Positions 13,100 through 25,589 of a stretch of DNA of 64,000 nucleotides are shown here, piece after piece (within the stretch, counting starts at the first letter, position 1; each line of letters begins with the position of its first letter). The stretch is taken from positions 45,076,001-45,140,000 of the forward strand of contig NC_086097.1 of NCBI RefSeq assembly GCF_963921235.1, read 5' to 3'. The notes under the pieces were generated by a model that worked only from the letters and a program-made list of their open reading frames with translations, searched no databases and was not told the DNA's origin. Source of the DNA: Mobula hypostoma (Eukaryota). A program made the translations under genes and the position numbers.

Positions 13100-13620
13100 C
13101 TACGTAAAATTCATCACCCTTTACAATTTTTGCTAGATCTGAAAAGCTCCCACCACCAAATACCTTATCTCATCCTCTCCCTTTTCAGAGAAGTTGGTTC
13201 CTTCATGGCTCCCTAACCTGCTCTTCCATTTTCACCAGCCATAATCTTAGAGCTCTTTCCTACGCAGCCACAGAAGAAGTAACACCTGTCCTTTTCGCTC
13301 TTCCCTTCCAACCTTCTGCAAACTAAACGGTCTCTGCAGGTGTCCAGTCAGGTGTACTCCATTCTGTAATGGAGAAACCAAACACAGATTAGTTGATTGC
13401 ATTGCAGAGCCTCTGGGTTCACTCCACAGGAGTGATACTGAGTTCCTTGTTCCCTGCCACTTTAATTCTCCATTCTACTGAATTGTCTGTGGCCTCCGGC
13501 ACAGTTATAACGAGGTCCAACACAAAGCTGTGGAGCAAAGGCACATCTTTTATTTGCATCCTTCTATGTATATCAATACTGGTTCCCCAGCTTCAGCCAG
13601 CTCTCTTTCTGTTTGTGTCA
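13100..13620 (+). mobile_element. Old Penelope-like remnant
   Basis: Decayed similarity to the GIY-YIG region of the 23.5-25.2 kb element (GGAGAAACCAAACACAGATT, CACTTTAATTCTCC, GGAGCAAAGGCACATC). Confidence 0.5.
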
Positions 13621-14094
13621 GAACAATAAAATATGATGGGATGTCTGTGTTCTTTTGATAGGGAAATCTTGTATTTATAATTTAATGACTGAGAATGCTC
13701 AAGCTACTTAGTTCTTACCAAAAAAATTTTTCAGGATCTAAGTTGACAGCTCTAGATGAAGTCGTTTCTCAGTTCAGAAGAAGGATTATCTCTCTACCAA
13801 TGCTGCTTGACTGACTGAGTGTTTTCAGTACTTTATGTTTTCATTTTAAATAATTGCACCATTCAGCTCCCTACTATCATCAAGGTGACCGAACAAATTT
13901 TCTTCATTGTAATCAAGTAACGTCCACTGATACTTTTGCAGTGTTTCCACCAAAACCAACCAGGTTACAGCTTTAGTCCATTCATAGATATTCCAAAAAG
14001 AAAGTGGTAGTGGCTGCAATTTTAAGAGATTGTGATTGTCAAATTTGGCTATATGGAGTTCAGGGGCAAACATTCCAATGCCACAAGAGGTACT

Positions 14095-14390
14095 GAGGCA
14101 TGGTAGTGCAGTGGTTAGGACAACCTTTACAGTGCCAGTCAGGCTCATTTCCTGTTGCTGCCTGTAAGGACTTTGTATGTTCTCCTCCTGACTACATGGG
14201 TTTCCTCCGGGTGCTCGGGTTTCCTCCTACAGTCCCAAGATGTATTGGTTGGTAGGTTAGCTGATCATTAAGTTGTCTTGTGTTTAGGCTAGGATTAAAT
14301 TCGGGGGGGGGCAGGTGTTGGTTGCTGAGCAACTTGGCTCAAAGGGCCAGAAGGGCCTGTTCTATGCTATATCTCAATAAATAAATAAAA
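14095..14390 (+). mobile_element. tRNA-derived SINE with CR1-like tail
   Basis: A-box-like GGTAGTGCAGTGGTTAG, core GGGTTTCCTCCGGGTGCTCGGGTTTCCTCC, tail GGGCCAGAAGGGCCTGTT...(AATA)n. Confidence 0.8.
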
Positions 14391-14845
14391 TACTGTGGAG
14401 GTTGCAGAAAAGCAAAAATTAACATAATGTCCAGGTAAGGATAGATTGCAGGAAGAGTGTAGACAGCCCAGGAAAAAAGTCTTTGAAGAGGATAGCTTCC
14501 CACTGCATAGTAGGTTATGTTTACTGGAGATGAGGTAAGAATATGATGAAAGGGTATGAGACACACACAGCAACGAAGGGACAATTGCTTTACTAACTTC
14601 ACAGTATCATCAGCTGTCAGCTCGTAGTTTCTATCGATTTTTAACACCTGCAATGTGAATGGTGATTGATCTTGCAAGTAAGGAATTGAAATTTACATAT
14701 TTTACTGACTGGTAAATATCCTTAACTACTAGTCGATTCTGTATAAAAATTGCATTTTCCTGTTCTGACTTCAGAACAGTGTGGTCACGAGGGGCCATGA
14801 TATTCTCCTTGTGCACAAGTAAAATAAAGTATGTTTGAGGAATAA

Positions 14846-14871
14846 GTGTGTGTGTGTGTGTGTGTGTGTGT
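14846..14871. repeat. (GT)n microsatellite
   Basis: About 13 perfect GT units. Confidence 0.95.
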
Positions 14872-15282
14872 CCAGAATCCACTTAATTGGCAACAGGAGA
14901 CACACCTGGCACAAAGAACAGAGTCTGGTTTCTGGGTATTTCAAGATATCACTGCTGATACTATAATGATCTAACTACATAACTCATCACTAAAATCTAT
15001 TTCGTCCTCCATTGATCTCAGTTGTAAATTCAGTTCTGAACATGTCCGGGAGGGGGTGTGCATGATTGAAGGGAAGGCTGATTACTGAAGCATATGCTCA
15101 CAAAGCTACCATAATGCTAGAATCAGGTTTAAAATCACTGACTTATGTAGTGAAATTTGTTGTTTTGTGGCTACAGAGAAATCCAGTTGTCTGGTGTCAA
15201 ATAAAGGCAGACTCATGGACAAGTCCCATTTTTCCTTGGATGGTATTGCTATCCTATCCATCTCTGAGAAACCAGACAAGAG

Positions 15283-15805
15283 TGTCAGGACGCTGGGACG
15301 CTAGAGCGGGGATCCAATCACAGACCCAGCACTGTGCACACAGTGATATTAATTGAGTAACAAATCCCAAGGTGTAAACAAAGTCAGCATCAAAGTTCAG
15401 GCAGAGATCAAAACGTCCAGAGAAATCCAAAAACCAGAATCAGGCAGAGTTGATATTCAGACAGACAGAGTACAGCTACAAATGCTGGAAAGGCTCAGGA
15501 AAATTCACTAGCACAATCTAGCAACAAACAGGTGAAAACACAGGACTAAAATAAACTGAGCAATAAACAGAGAGGCAGATGATAGGTGGAGCACAATGAG
15601 ACACAGGTGGCAGCAACACAGGTAATAATGAGAAACAGGTGAGAGGCGGAGTACTCAGTAATACAGGGGCCGGAGTAGAGCAGGAGCGGGGACAGGAGCA
15701 CATGGAGTATGAAAACAAACAAGAGCACATGGCAATACAAAAACACAGACTGACAGCTAGGGGAAAAACATACAAAAAGACAAAGTTCAACTGGAGGTTC
15801 TGACA
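15283..15805 (-). mobile_element. Solo LTR (Gypsy-type) with 5-bp TSD
   Basis: Termini TGTCAGGA...TTCTGACA; AAGAG is duplicated at 15278-15282 and 15806-15810. Removing the insert restores the HERO frame KPDKSLGK. Confidence 0.85.
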
Positions 15806-16136
15806 AAGAGCCTGGGGAAGGTCTTTGACTGCAGCCTAAGAGATATGGCTGCCATCCAGAAAACAACTAAGGAGTTAGAAGTCTGGCTCACCAGTGAGAA
15901 CAAGTCAGGCCTACCTGGCAAGTTCAAGGCCTGGATCTATCAGCATAGCATCCTCCCTTGAATCCTCTGACCCACACTGGTATATGGTGTACCCACGACT
16001 ACATTTGAGGTTCCTGAAAGAAAAATCAGTGACTACCTTTGAAAATGGCTGTGCCTCCCATGTAGCATCAGAAGCTTTGCTCTGTATGGGAAGGGGAATA
16101 AATTGCAGCTTCCCTTCAGCAGGCTAAATGAGGAGG

Positions 16137-17571
16137 CAAACACAAGGAAATCTGCAGATGCTGGAAATTCAAGCAACACACATAAAAATTGCTGGTGAAC
16201 ACAGCAGGCCAGGCAGCATCTATAGGAAGAGGTACAGTCGATGTTTCGGGCCGAGACCCTTCGACAGGACTAAATGAAGGAAGAGATAGTAAGAGATTTG
16301 AAAGTGGGTGGGGGAGATCAGAAATGATAGGAGAAGACAGGAGGGGAAAGGATGGAGCTAAGAACTGGAAAGTTGATTGGCAAAAGGGATCGTTGTCTTG
16401 TCTATCCCTCGAGGTCGAGGATGATGGTCTTCATTCTGTTGATCTACTTAAGGGCTGTCAAGTGGCTTATGAGTCCAATCTTAGCTTTGAAAGTTCTTCT
16501 GCATTCAGGACAGGTAGTTCCAGATGGCAGATCGGGCTTTGGTTGTAGCTGCCTCTCTTTCCAGTTTCTTCTCTTTTCTTCTAATTCTGCACATCTGTTG
16601 GCTTCGAAAGTTGCTGTTCCTTCTCAGATGATGGCTTGCCAGAGTTTCCTGTCCTTGGCATTGGTTTCCCAATTGTTGATGTCGATGTTACATTTCTTCA
16701 TGTTGGCTTTTAAGACATCTTTGAATCTCTTCTGTTGTCCACCTCTTTTACGTTTGCCTTCTTTAAGTTGGGAGTAGAAGATTTGTATGACTGCTCCATC
16801 TTAGTTGGTTCTTGATGACGTAGGCTTCAATGCTTGTTGTTTTTGCTTCATTTAGCACACTGATGTTGGTTCTTCTATCTTCCCAGTTGATATTTAAGAT
16901 ATTTCGAAGACAGCGTTGATGGAACTTTTCAAGTGCCTTCAGATGTTGTCGGTATGGCAAAAGGGATACAAGGCTGGAGAGGGGACAGGATCATGGGACG
17001 GGAGGCCTAGGGAGAAAGAAAGGGGGAAGGGAGCCCAGAGGATGGGCAAGGAGTTTTAGTGAGATGGACAGAGGGAGAAAAAAGAGAGAAAAAAAATAAT
17101 AACAATATGAACATTGACTTCTCTAACTTCTGTTAATGCCCCACCTCCCCTTCGTACCCCATCCCTTATTTATTTATTTATTTATTTATTTATTCATTCA
17201 TTCATTCATTTATTCCCCCCCCCTCTCTTTTTTTTCTCCCTCTGTCCCACTCACTATAACTCCTTGCCCATCCTCTGGGCTCCCCTCCCCCTTTATTTCT
17301 CCCTAGGCCTCCCATCCCATGATCCCCTCCCTTCTCCAGCCTCGTATCCCTTTTGCCAATCAAGTTTCCAGCTCTTAGCTCCATCCCTCCCCCCTCTTGT
17401 CTTCTATCATTTCGGATCTCTCCCTCCCCTTCCCACTTTCAAATCTCTGACTATTTCTTCTTTCAGTTAGTCCTGACGAAGGGTCTCGCCCTGAAGAAGG
17501 GTCGCCCTGAAATGTCAACTGTACCTCTTCCTATAGATGCTGCCTGGCCTGTTGTGTTCACCAGCATTTTT
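16137..17571. mobile_element. Inverted pair of Penelope pseudo-LTRs
   Basis: 16137-17100 (minus orientation, split by an RTE) is the reverse complement of 17101-17571. Both arms match the pLTR at 23475-23860. Flanked by TAA(A/C)TGAGGAGG at 16125-16136 and 17572-17583. Confidence 0.85.
16391..16954 (-). mobile_element. RTE-clade LINE 3' fragment with 13-bp TSD
   Basis: ORF 16763-16960 YRQHLKALEKFHQRCLRNILNINWEDRRTNISVL...QLRW is typical of the RTE C-terminus. TGGCAAAAGGGAT is duplicated at 16378-16390 and 16955-16967. Confidence 0.9.
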
Positions 17572-17940
17572 TAACTGAGGAGGTTATGGTTTCTCATACA
17601 AGAGAATTGCTGCTATACCGAGATTCCAGTGACCCCAAAGTCTTTCAGCAGAAATTGAGGTCCAGACAGGTAGGAAATGGAAGAACAAGGACATGATAGA
17701 GATGAATGAGTCACGTCTGAGGCACAGGGTTCTGATAGGGACAGGTATCCTGCCTAGTCCAGCAAACCTTTTTGCTTGGAGCAAAAGTGAGGCACCATTG
17801 TGTCCTCGCTGCCCTGGAATATATCCTCAGACCTGGGGGAAGGCTGCTACTGCTGTCACCATAACTGGGTTCTGAAGGCAGTAGCAAAAAATAACCCCTT
17901 GACCATTAACAACCATAACAACACCTCTGCCATCCCAGAA

Positions 17941-18580
17941 AGAACATGGAACATAGAAATCTACAACACATTACTGGCCCTTCGGCCCACAATGTTGTGC
18001 TGACCATGTAACTAACTCTAGAAACTGCCTAGAATTTCCCTAGCGCATAGCCCTCTATTTTTCTAAGCTCCATGTACTTACCTAAGAGGCTCTTAAAAGA
18101 CCCTATTGTATCCGTTTCCACCACCGCTGCTGGCAGTGCATTCCATGCACTCACTACTCTGTGTGAAAAACTTAGCCCTCACATCCCCTCGGACCCTGTT
18201 TCCAAGCACCTGAAAACTATGCCATTTCAGCCCTGGGAAAAAGCCTCTGGCTATCCACATGATCAATGCCCCTCATCATCTTATACACCTCTACCAGGTC
18301 ACCTCTCATCCTCTGTCACTCCAAGGAGAAAAAGCCAAGTTCACTCAACATATTCTTATAAGGTACACCCTCCAATCCAGGCAACATCCTTGTAAATCTC
18401 CTCTACACTCTCTCTATAGTATCCACATCCTTCCTGTAGTGAAGTGACCAGAACTGAACACAGTACTCCAAGTGGGGTCCACCTAGGGTCTTAAAAAGCT
18501 GTAACATTACCTCACAGCTCTTGAACTCAATCCCACGGTTGATGGATGTCAACACACCATATGCTTTCTTATCAACATAG
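17941..18580 (-). mobile_element. CR1-like LINE 3' fragment inside the HERO-like element
   Basis: ORF 18403-18597 KKAYGVLTSINRGIEFKS...LEYCVQFWSLHYRKDV; tail at ~17941-17960. Confidence 0.9.
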
Positions 18581-20879
18581 CTCATAGGCTTTGTCAAAGC
18601 TGGAGAACAACCATAGCCTCAGCAGGCTTGCTCGGCACGGGAAGTCTGACTGGAAACAGGAAGTTGATCTTGGCTAATAATTAATGTTCCCCGACTTCAT
18701 CACATCATCTTCACTGAGGCCTGACATGGTCATTCTGTTAGAAACTTCATTGATAGAACTGTGGTCATGGTAGAACTGACAGCTCCTTAGGAAGACCAGA
18801 TTGAGGAGCAGTTTGAGCATAGGAAAGCCAATTAGTAGGAGTTGGTAGAGCGAGACTATAGAGGTGGGGCATAGAGGTTTTGCTGGCTGCTCGCTGTGCT
18901 GAATCTACTCTCTCCTTGGCATCACAGGGGCTGCAAAGAAATGAGCCATCAGGACTGTCACAGAAGTTGCTGAGTGTCCCTCCAGATGGCCATGGATCAA
19001 GAGATGTGACCTGTGGACTGATGATGCTTGGACACAGTCTGGGATCTGATCAACCCTGGCTGGGACACCTGAGCGAGAATGTCCGATGTGGAAAGATCCG
19101 AACCACCTGAAGACCCCAGGTTGCATTGCTGATGATATGTCCCAGCACATCCGAGGATGTATCTCAGCATTAGTATATTGCACTACGTAATAATGAAATC
19201 TGTAAGCTATAGTCATTGGCTGGGAGGCATTTGAGACACATGAGGATGTAAATTCTGATTTCGTCTACTAAATGGATGCTGTGGTTAACACTATGCCCAA
19301 TCTGTGGATCCTCCAAAAACAGTGAAATTGGGAAAAATTGCCTTTAAAAGATTGCAATGCTCTCCATATGGCACAATGACTTCCAATTTCATTTTGTGAG
19401 GAATGGTCTGGCATTGATTAGAGCAGCTTAGATTCAGATGGGCTAGGCTAGAGGAAATTATTCATGGCTAGTGTGCACTAATGCAAAAGAGTTCTAATTC
19501 TGCTGCCTAAGTGCTTGAATCCTTGCATTACTAATACACACAAAAATCCTGTACAAGTGATACCAGGTCAATTGGGCTGGACAATGCGCACCTGTGTAGC
19601 GTATGTTTTCACGTGCCGTTGAATTTCTGAGCTCGAGAGTCTCAGCTTGGTTACGTCCAGCCTTGGACCTTAGTCTTCCAAACATAAAAATCAAATGACT
19701 TGTCAATCTTTACAAGGGCAAATGTACTGTTCTTTATAGAGAAAAACACTTAAATTAATTTATTAATTCACAGTATTAATGTCAAGTAATGTTAATGGAA
19801 AGGCTGGACTGATGCCAGTTTTTTGCTTCACTGCTGAAAGCTGTGTTCTCTGCTAATGGAATGGAAAAGGAAAAGCTCTATTACTTCATATGTCGGAACC
19901 AGCTATCCAACTGCAATAACTGTTTACATTTATGGTTTTAATTCTTAACAAATGTATCAAGTTATTTCTTGGAACTGTATGAATATCTTCTTTACAGATT
20001 ATGAATTTCAAAAGACAACTAAATTAGGAGCCACTGAATAATATCATCAACAAATAAGAGTATAATTGTACCATTCCTTGTCCGTAAAGTTTCAAAGCCA
20101 AATGTATAAATTTTCAGTCACTTTCTGACATTGCAATTAAAAAACGATGTGTATAGATATAATTGTAATCATTTGTACAAGATTTTATGCATATTGTTTA
20201 GGCAAAATTAAATTTTACCTTATGACATTGAGATCTTCCTTCTGCTCAAATTAATATTTAAGGACTGCACAGCCCATTACTTAAGGGTTTCCATAACTGA
20301 GTATTTTTAATGATTTGGGTTGTTTTCAATTTCCATTGTTTAAGTGATTCCAGCATGAAATTATATGATAATTATGAAAATAGTACATCGTAATTACAGC
20401 TACATTGAGGAGAACCAAAAGGACAGTCTAAGGAATTAAGAGGACATAGGCCCCGGGACACAATTGTATGGATTTGGATGAATAAAGATGTTGATTTGTT
20501 TGGTTTTAGTTTTCATGATTTCTGCAGAAGAAAGCTCTGAGATAATCAGTGCAGAGAGGTGGTAACGAAGTGGTAGTGTCACAAAGGGATTTAGATTTCA
20601 CCTTATTCATTATAACTCTTGGCCTGAGAGCTTAGTTACTCATTCTCAATTTGCTATTGAGCCTAGTGAGAGGCTGGCTTTGTAACCTATTGTGGTTCCT
20701 GGCTTGAGGTTATTTCAATACAGCTGGTTTCAGGACATCTCCAACATCATAAATGAATGAGCAAAGAGGGAAGGGAAAGGTATGCTTCAAAGTGAGATTA
20801 TTGTGTGACTTGGATCCCAAATTTCAGTAGCCTAACTGCAGTTACCTCTGTCCTGCTAGGCAACAATGGCCATTGTATT

Positions 20880-22650
20880 AATAAGACCATAAGATATAGG
20901 AGCAGAAGTAGGCCATTTTGGCCCATCTGGTCTGCTCCGCCATTCAATCATGGGCTGATCCAATTCTTCAAGTCATCCCCACTCCCTTGCCTTCGTCCCA
21001 TACCCTTTGATGCCCTGGCTAATCTAGAACCTATCTATCTCTGCCTTAAATGCACCCAATGACTTGGCCTCCACAGCTGCTCATGGCAACAAATTTCACG
21101 GATTTACTACCCTCTGACTAAAGTAATTTCTCCACATCTCTGTTCTAAATGGACGTCCTTCAATCCTGAAGTCGTGCCCTCTTGTCCTAGATTCTCCTAC
21201 CATGGGAAATAACTTTGTCATATCTAATCTGTTCAGGCCTTTTAACATTTGGAATGTTTCTATGAGATCCCCCCTCATTCTCCTGAACTCCAGGGAATAC
21301 AGCCCAAGAGGTGCCAGACGTTCCTCATACAGTAACCCTTTCATTCCTGGAATCATTCTTGTAAATCTTCTCTGAACCCTCTCCAATATCAGTATATCCT
21401 TTCTAAAATAAGGAGCCCAAAACTGCTCACAATACTCCAAGTGCAGTCTCACGAGTGCCTTATAGAGGCTCAAGACACATCCCTGCTCTTATATTCTATA
21501 CCTCTAGAAACATTGCATTCGCCTTCTTCACCATCGACTCAACCTGAAGGTTAACCTTCAGGGTATCGTGCACAAGGTCTCCCAAGCCCCATTGCATCTC
21601 TGCATTTTGAATTCTCTCCTCATATAAACAATAGTCTGCCCATTTATTTCTTCCACCAAAGTGCATGACATTGTATTTCATTTACCAGTCTTTGCCCATT
21701 CCCCTAAACTATCTAAGCCTCTCTGTAGGCTCTCTGTTTCCTTAACACTACCTGCTCTTCCACCTATATTTGTATCATGGGCAAATTTAGCCATAAATCC
21801 ATTAATCCCATAGTCCAAATCATTGACATGGATCGTAAAAAAGCAGCGGTCCCAACACTGACCCCTGCAGAACTCCACTGGTAACTGGCAGCTAGTCGGA
21901 ATAGGATCGCTTTAATCCCACTCCCTGTTTTCTGCTGATCAGGCAATGCTCCACCCATGCTAGTAATTCCCCTGTAATTCCATGGGCTCTTATCCTGCTA
22001 AGCAGCCTCATGTGCAGCACCTTGTCAAAGGCCTTCTGAAAATCCAAGTACACCACATCTACTGCATTTCCTTTGTCTCCCTGCTTGTAATTTCCTCAAA
22101 AAATTGCAGTAGGTTAGTCAGGCAGGATTTTCCTTTAAGGAAACCGTGCTGGCTTTGGCCTATCTTGTCATGTGCCTCCAGGTACACTGTAATCTTATCC
22201 CTAACAATCGATTCCACCAACTTTCCAACCACTGATGTCAGGCTAACAGGTCTATAGTTTCCTTTCTGCTGCCTGCCACCCTTCTTAAATAGCGGAGTAA
22301 CATTTGCAATGTTCCAGTCATCCGGTACAATCCCAGAATCTATCGATTCTTGAAAGATCATTGTTAATGCCTCCACAATCTCTCCAGCTACTTCCTTCAG
22401 AACCCGAGGGTGCGTTCCATCAGGTCCAGGAGATTTATCCACCCTCAGACCATTAAGCTTCCTGACCACCTTCTCAGTTGTAATTTCCAGTGCACAAACT
22501 TCACTTCCTTGACACTCTTGAATGTCCGGTATTCTGCTGATGTCTTCCAATGTGAAGACTGATGCAAAACACACATTCAGTTCCTCTGCCATCTCTGCAT
22601 CTCTCATTACAATTTCTCCAGCGTCATTTTCTATTGGTCCTATATCTACC
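20880..22650 (-). mobile_element. CR1-like LINE ORF2 fragment to 3' tail
   Basis: ORFs 22059-22607 (KSPGPDGTHPRVLKE...NYRPVSLTS...QHGFLKGKSCLTNL) and 21096-21473; tail (TCTTATGG)n. Confidence 0.95.
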
Positions 22651-23472
22651 GTGTTGATGGCTTGTGTTCATTCTTTTGGTAAGAAGCTCACTTTGCAGGC
22701 ATTGGGTCACTGCAGTGATAGTTCAGGGAGGTTAATAGAGATGATAAATTTGTGGGCAGGGTGTGGTGAATGAGTTAATACCCTTTGGTTCCTTTGAAGC
22801 TACATTGTAGAAACAGTTCTCGGCTATATTTATAGTGGCAAGTAGAGAAATTCCTCAGAGTCACTGGAGCTTTAAATTTCACCCCCATGGCTCAGAGATG
22901 TGTCCACACGATAGTTGAACAACATTCTGAATTAAGGACTTGCGTCTGTTGCTGCATTGTTTGCAGTCTCTGAAATGTTGTAGTCACAACTGCTTGATGT
23001 CTCGTCTAGGTCAGATTCAGGTCAGTGGTGATAAACAGGATGATGGCTAGCCAGGGGAATGGGTAATGGTAGTGTATTTCAATGCCAAGAGAAAATTATA
23101 AGATACCAATTTGATGCAGATGGTCATTGTCAGGAATTACGTTGTGGGATTTTACTCTTAGAATTCAAAGTGTGAACAGTGGCAAGTATTTGTTGCACTT
23201 GGGTTTGAATTACCACTGGTTTCAGCCTTTGTTTGAACCTCAAGGTTATTTAGTTTGCTCATTTGTACCCCATTTGAGAGAGACTCAATTTCTCACCACC
23301 TACATACTTTTTCCTTCTTTACTTCTTTGACCAGTTTCAGTTCCTGTACAGAGGCCGAGGGTCAGGATCTCATTTAGCGATAGACAAATGATATAAGGGA
23401 CAATGGTAAAGGTGGAAACCCTCTCAGTACAGAGAGAGCCCACTGAAAGTAGTTCAAGCAGTGGAATATTTA

Positions 23473-25255
23473 TCAAAGTTGCTGGTGAACGCAGCAGGCC
23501 AGGCAGCATCTCTAGGAAGAGGTACAGTCGACGTTTCGGGCCGAGACCCTTCGTCAGGACTAACTGAAGGAAGAGTTAGTAAGAGATTTGAAAGTGGGGG
23601 GGGAGGGGGAGATTCAAAATGATAGGAGAAGACAGGAGGGGGAGGGATGGAGCCAAGAGCTGGACAGGTGATTGGCAAAGGGGATATGAGAGGATCATGG
23701 GACAGGAGGCCCAGGGATAAAGACAAAGGGGGGGGACCCAGAGGATGGGCAAGGGGTATAGTCAGAGGGACAGAGGGAGAAAAAGGAGAGTGAGAGAAAG
23801 AATGTTTGTATAAAAATAAATAACGGATGGGGTATGAGGGGGGAGGTGGGGCATTAGCGGAAGTTAGAGAAGTCAATGTTCATGCCATCAGGTTGGAGGC
23901 TACCCAGACGGAATATAAGGTGTTGTTCCTCCAACCTGAGTGTGGCTTCATCTTTACAGCAGAGGAGGCCATGGATAGACATGTCAGAATGGGAATGGGA
24001 TGTGGAATTAAAATGTGTGGCCACTGGGAGATCCTGCTTTCTCTGGCGGACAGAGCGTAGGTGTTCAGCAAAGCGGTCTCCCAGTCTGCGTCGGGTCTCA
24101 CCAATATATAAAAGGCCACATCGAGAGCACCGGACGCAGTATATCATCCCAGCCGACTCACAGGTGAAGTGTTGCCTCACCTGGAAGGACTGTTTGGGGC
24201 CCTGAATGGTGGTAAGGGAGGAAGTGTAAGGGCATGTGTAGCACTTGTTCCGCTTACACGGATAAGTGCCAGGAGGGAGATCAGTGGGGAGGGATGGGGG
24301 GGACGAATGGACAAGGGAGCCGCATAGGGAGCGATCCCTGCGGAAAGCAGAGAGAGTGGGGGAGGGAAAGATGTGCTTAGTGGTGGGATCCCGTTGGAGG
24401 TGGCGGAAGTTACGGAGAATAATATGTTGGACCCGGAGGCTGGTGGGGTGGTAGGTGAGGACCAGGGGAACCCTATTCCTAGTGGGGTGGCGGGAGGATG
24501 GAGTGAGAACAGATGTACGTGAAATGGGGGAGATGTGTTTGAGAGCAGAGTTGATAGTGGAGGAAGGGAAGCCCCTTTCTTTAAAAAAGGAGGACATCTC
24601 CCTCGTCCTGGAATGAAAAGCCTCATCCTGAGAGCAGATGCGGCGGAGACGGAGGAATTGTGAGAAGGGAATGGCATTTTTGCAAGAGACAGGGTGAGAA
24701 GAGGAATAGTCCAGATAGCTGTGAGAGTCAGTAGGCTTATAGTAGACATCAGTGGATAAACTGTCTCCAGAGACAGAGACAGAAAGATCTAGAAAGGGGA
24801 GGGGGGTGTCAGAAATGGACCAGGTAAACTTGAGGGCAGGGTAAAAGTTGGAGGCAAAGTTAATAAAGTCAACGAGCTCTGCATGCGTGCAGGAAGCAGC
24901 GCCAATGCAGTCGTTGATGTAGCGTAGGAAAAGTGGGGGACAGATACCAGAATAGGTTTGGAACATAGAATGTTCACAAAGCCAACAAAAAGGCAGGCAT
25001 AGCTAAGACCCATACGGGTGCCCATAGCTACACCTTTAGTTTGGAGGAAGTGGGAGGAGCCAAAGGAGAAATTATTAAGAGTAAGGACTAATTCTGCTAG
25101 ACGGAGCAGAGTGGTGGTAGAGGGGAACTGGTTAGGTCTGGAATCCAAAAGGAAGCGGAGAGCTTTGAGACCTTTCTGATGGGGGATGGAAGTATTCTTA
25201 GCAAAGGAAAAGTGGGGGATTCTTAGCATCTGCAGAATTCCTGTTGTTTGCGTTT
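23473..25255 (-). mobile_element. Penelope-like element (Neptune-type), 5'-truncated: RT + Cys linker + GIY-YIG + pLTR
   Basis: ORF 24789-25229 has QTKGVAMGTRMG. ORF 23854-24966 has LRYINDC (YIDD mutated), CKRNKCYTC and IYCVRCSRCGLLYIGET. TGGAATATTTA flanks at 23462-23472 and 25262-25272. Confidence 0.95.
23526..23561 (-). ncRNA. Minimal type I hammerhead ribozyme motif in Penelope pLTR
   Basis: Minus strand AGTC-CTGACGA-AGGGTCTCGGCCC-GAAAC-GTC-GACT: intact core, stem I AGTC/GACT, stem II hairpin, palindromic loopless stem III. Confidence 0.85.
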
Positions 25256-25589
25256 TTAAAATGGAATATTTACCTTGGCAAGCCCGTGGTAGTCACCATA
25301 ATGTTTCTCATGGCCCATAGTTTCAGTCGTGATCTTCTCTTTAGTGCAAACTGAGTCTAGAACAGAGAGGGCAACAATGTTCAAGAGGGATATACAAGAC
25401 AAAGACACCCACATGGTTGGTGCTCCATCCATCACTCTCAGCTTTCATTTCTTCCACCAGTAGTGCGGGGCGGCTGCAGTGTGCATCACCGACACAGTTC
25501 ACTGGCAGCACTGCCCAGGAAGCTCAAAGGCTTCAGTACACAGGAATACCCCCACTTGCAAGTTTACCTCCAAGTCAATGGCATGACTT

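Larger units (their letters stand above)
15185..19165 (+). mobile_element. HERO-like (R2 superfamily, RLE) non-LTR retrotransposon, 5'-truncated and multiply interrupted
   Basis: Joined fragments read SEKPDKSLGKVFDCSLRD, GLPGKFKAWIYQH, ALYGKGNKLQLPF, YRDSSDPKV, ESRLRHRVL, a CCHC region (~17795-17885) and an RLE motif (LRPDMVIL...VELTAP*ED) at ~18715-18830. Confidence 0.8.

Noticed and set aside
14529..14540. ATGAG/GTAAG as a possible tiny first exon of EVL
   Set aside because: It is on the strand opposite to that expected from EML1-EVL synteny, has no promoter context, and is short enough to occur by chance.
15518..15866. Hydrophobic/Cys-rich ORFs resembling membrane proteins
   Set aside because: They are translations of a low-complexity solo LTR.
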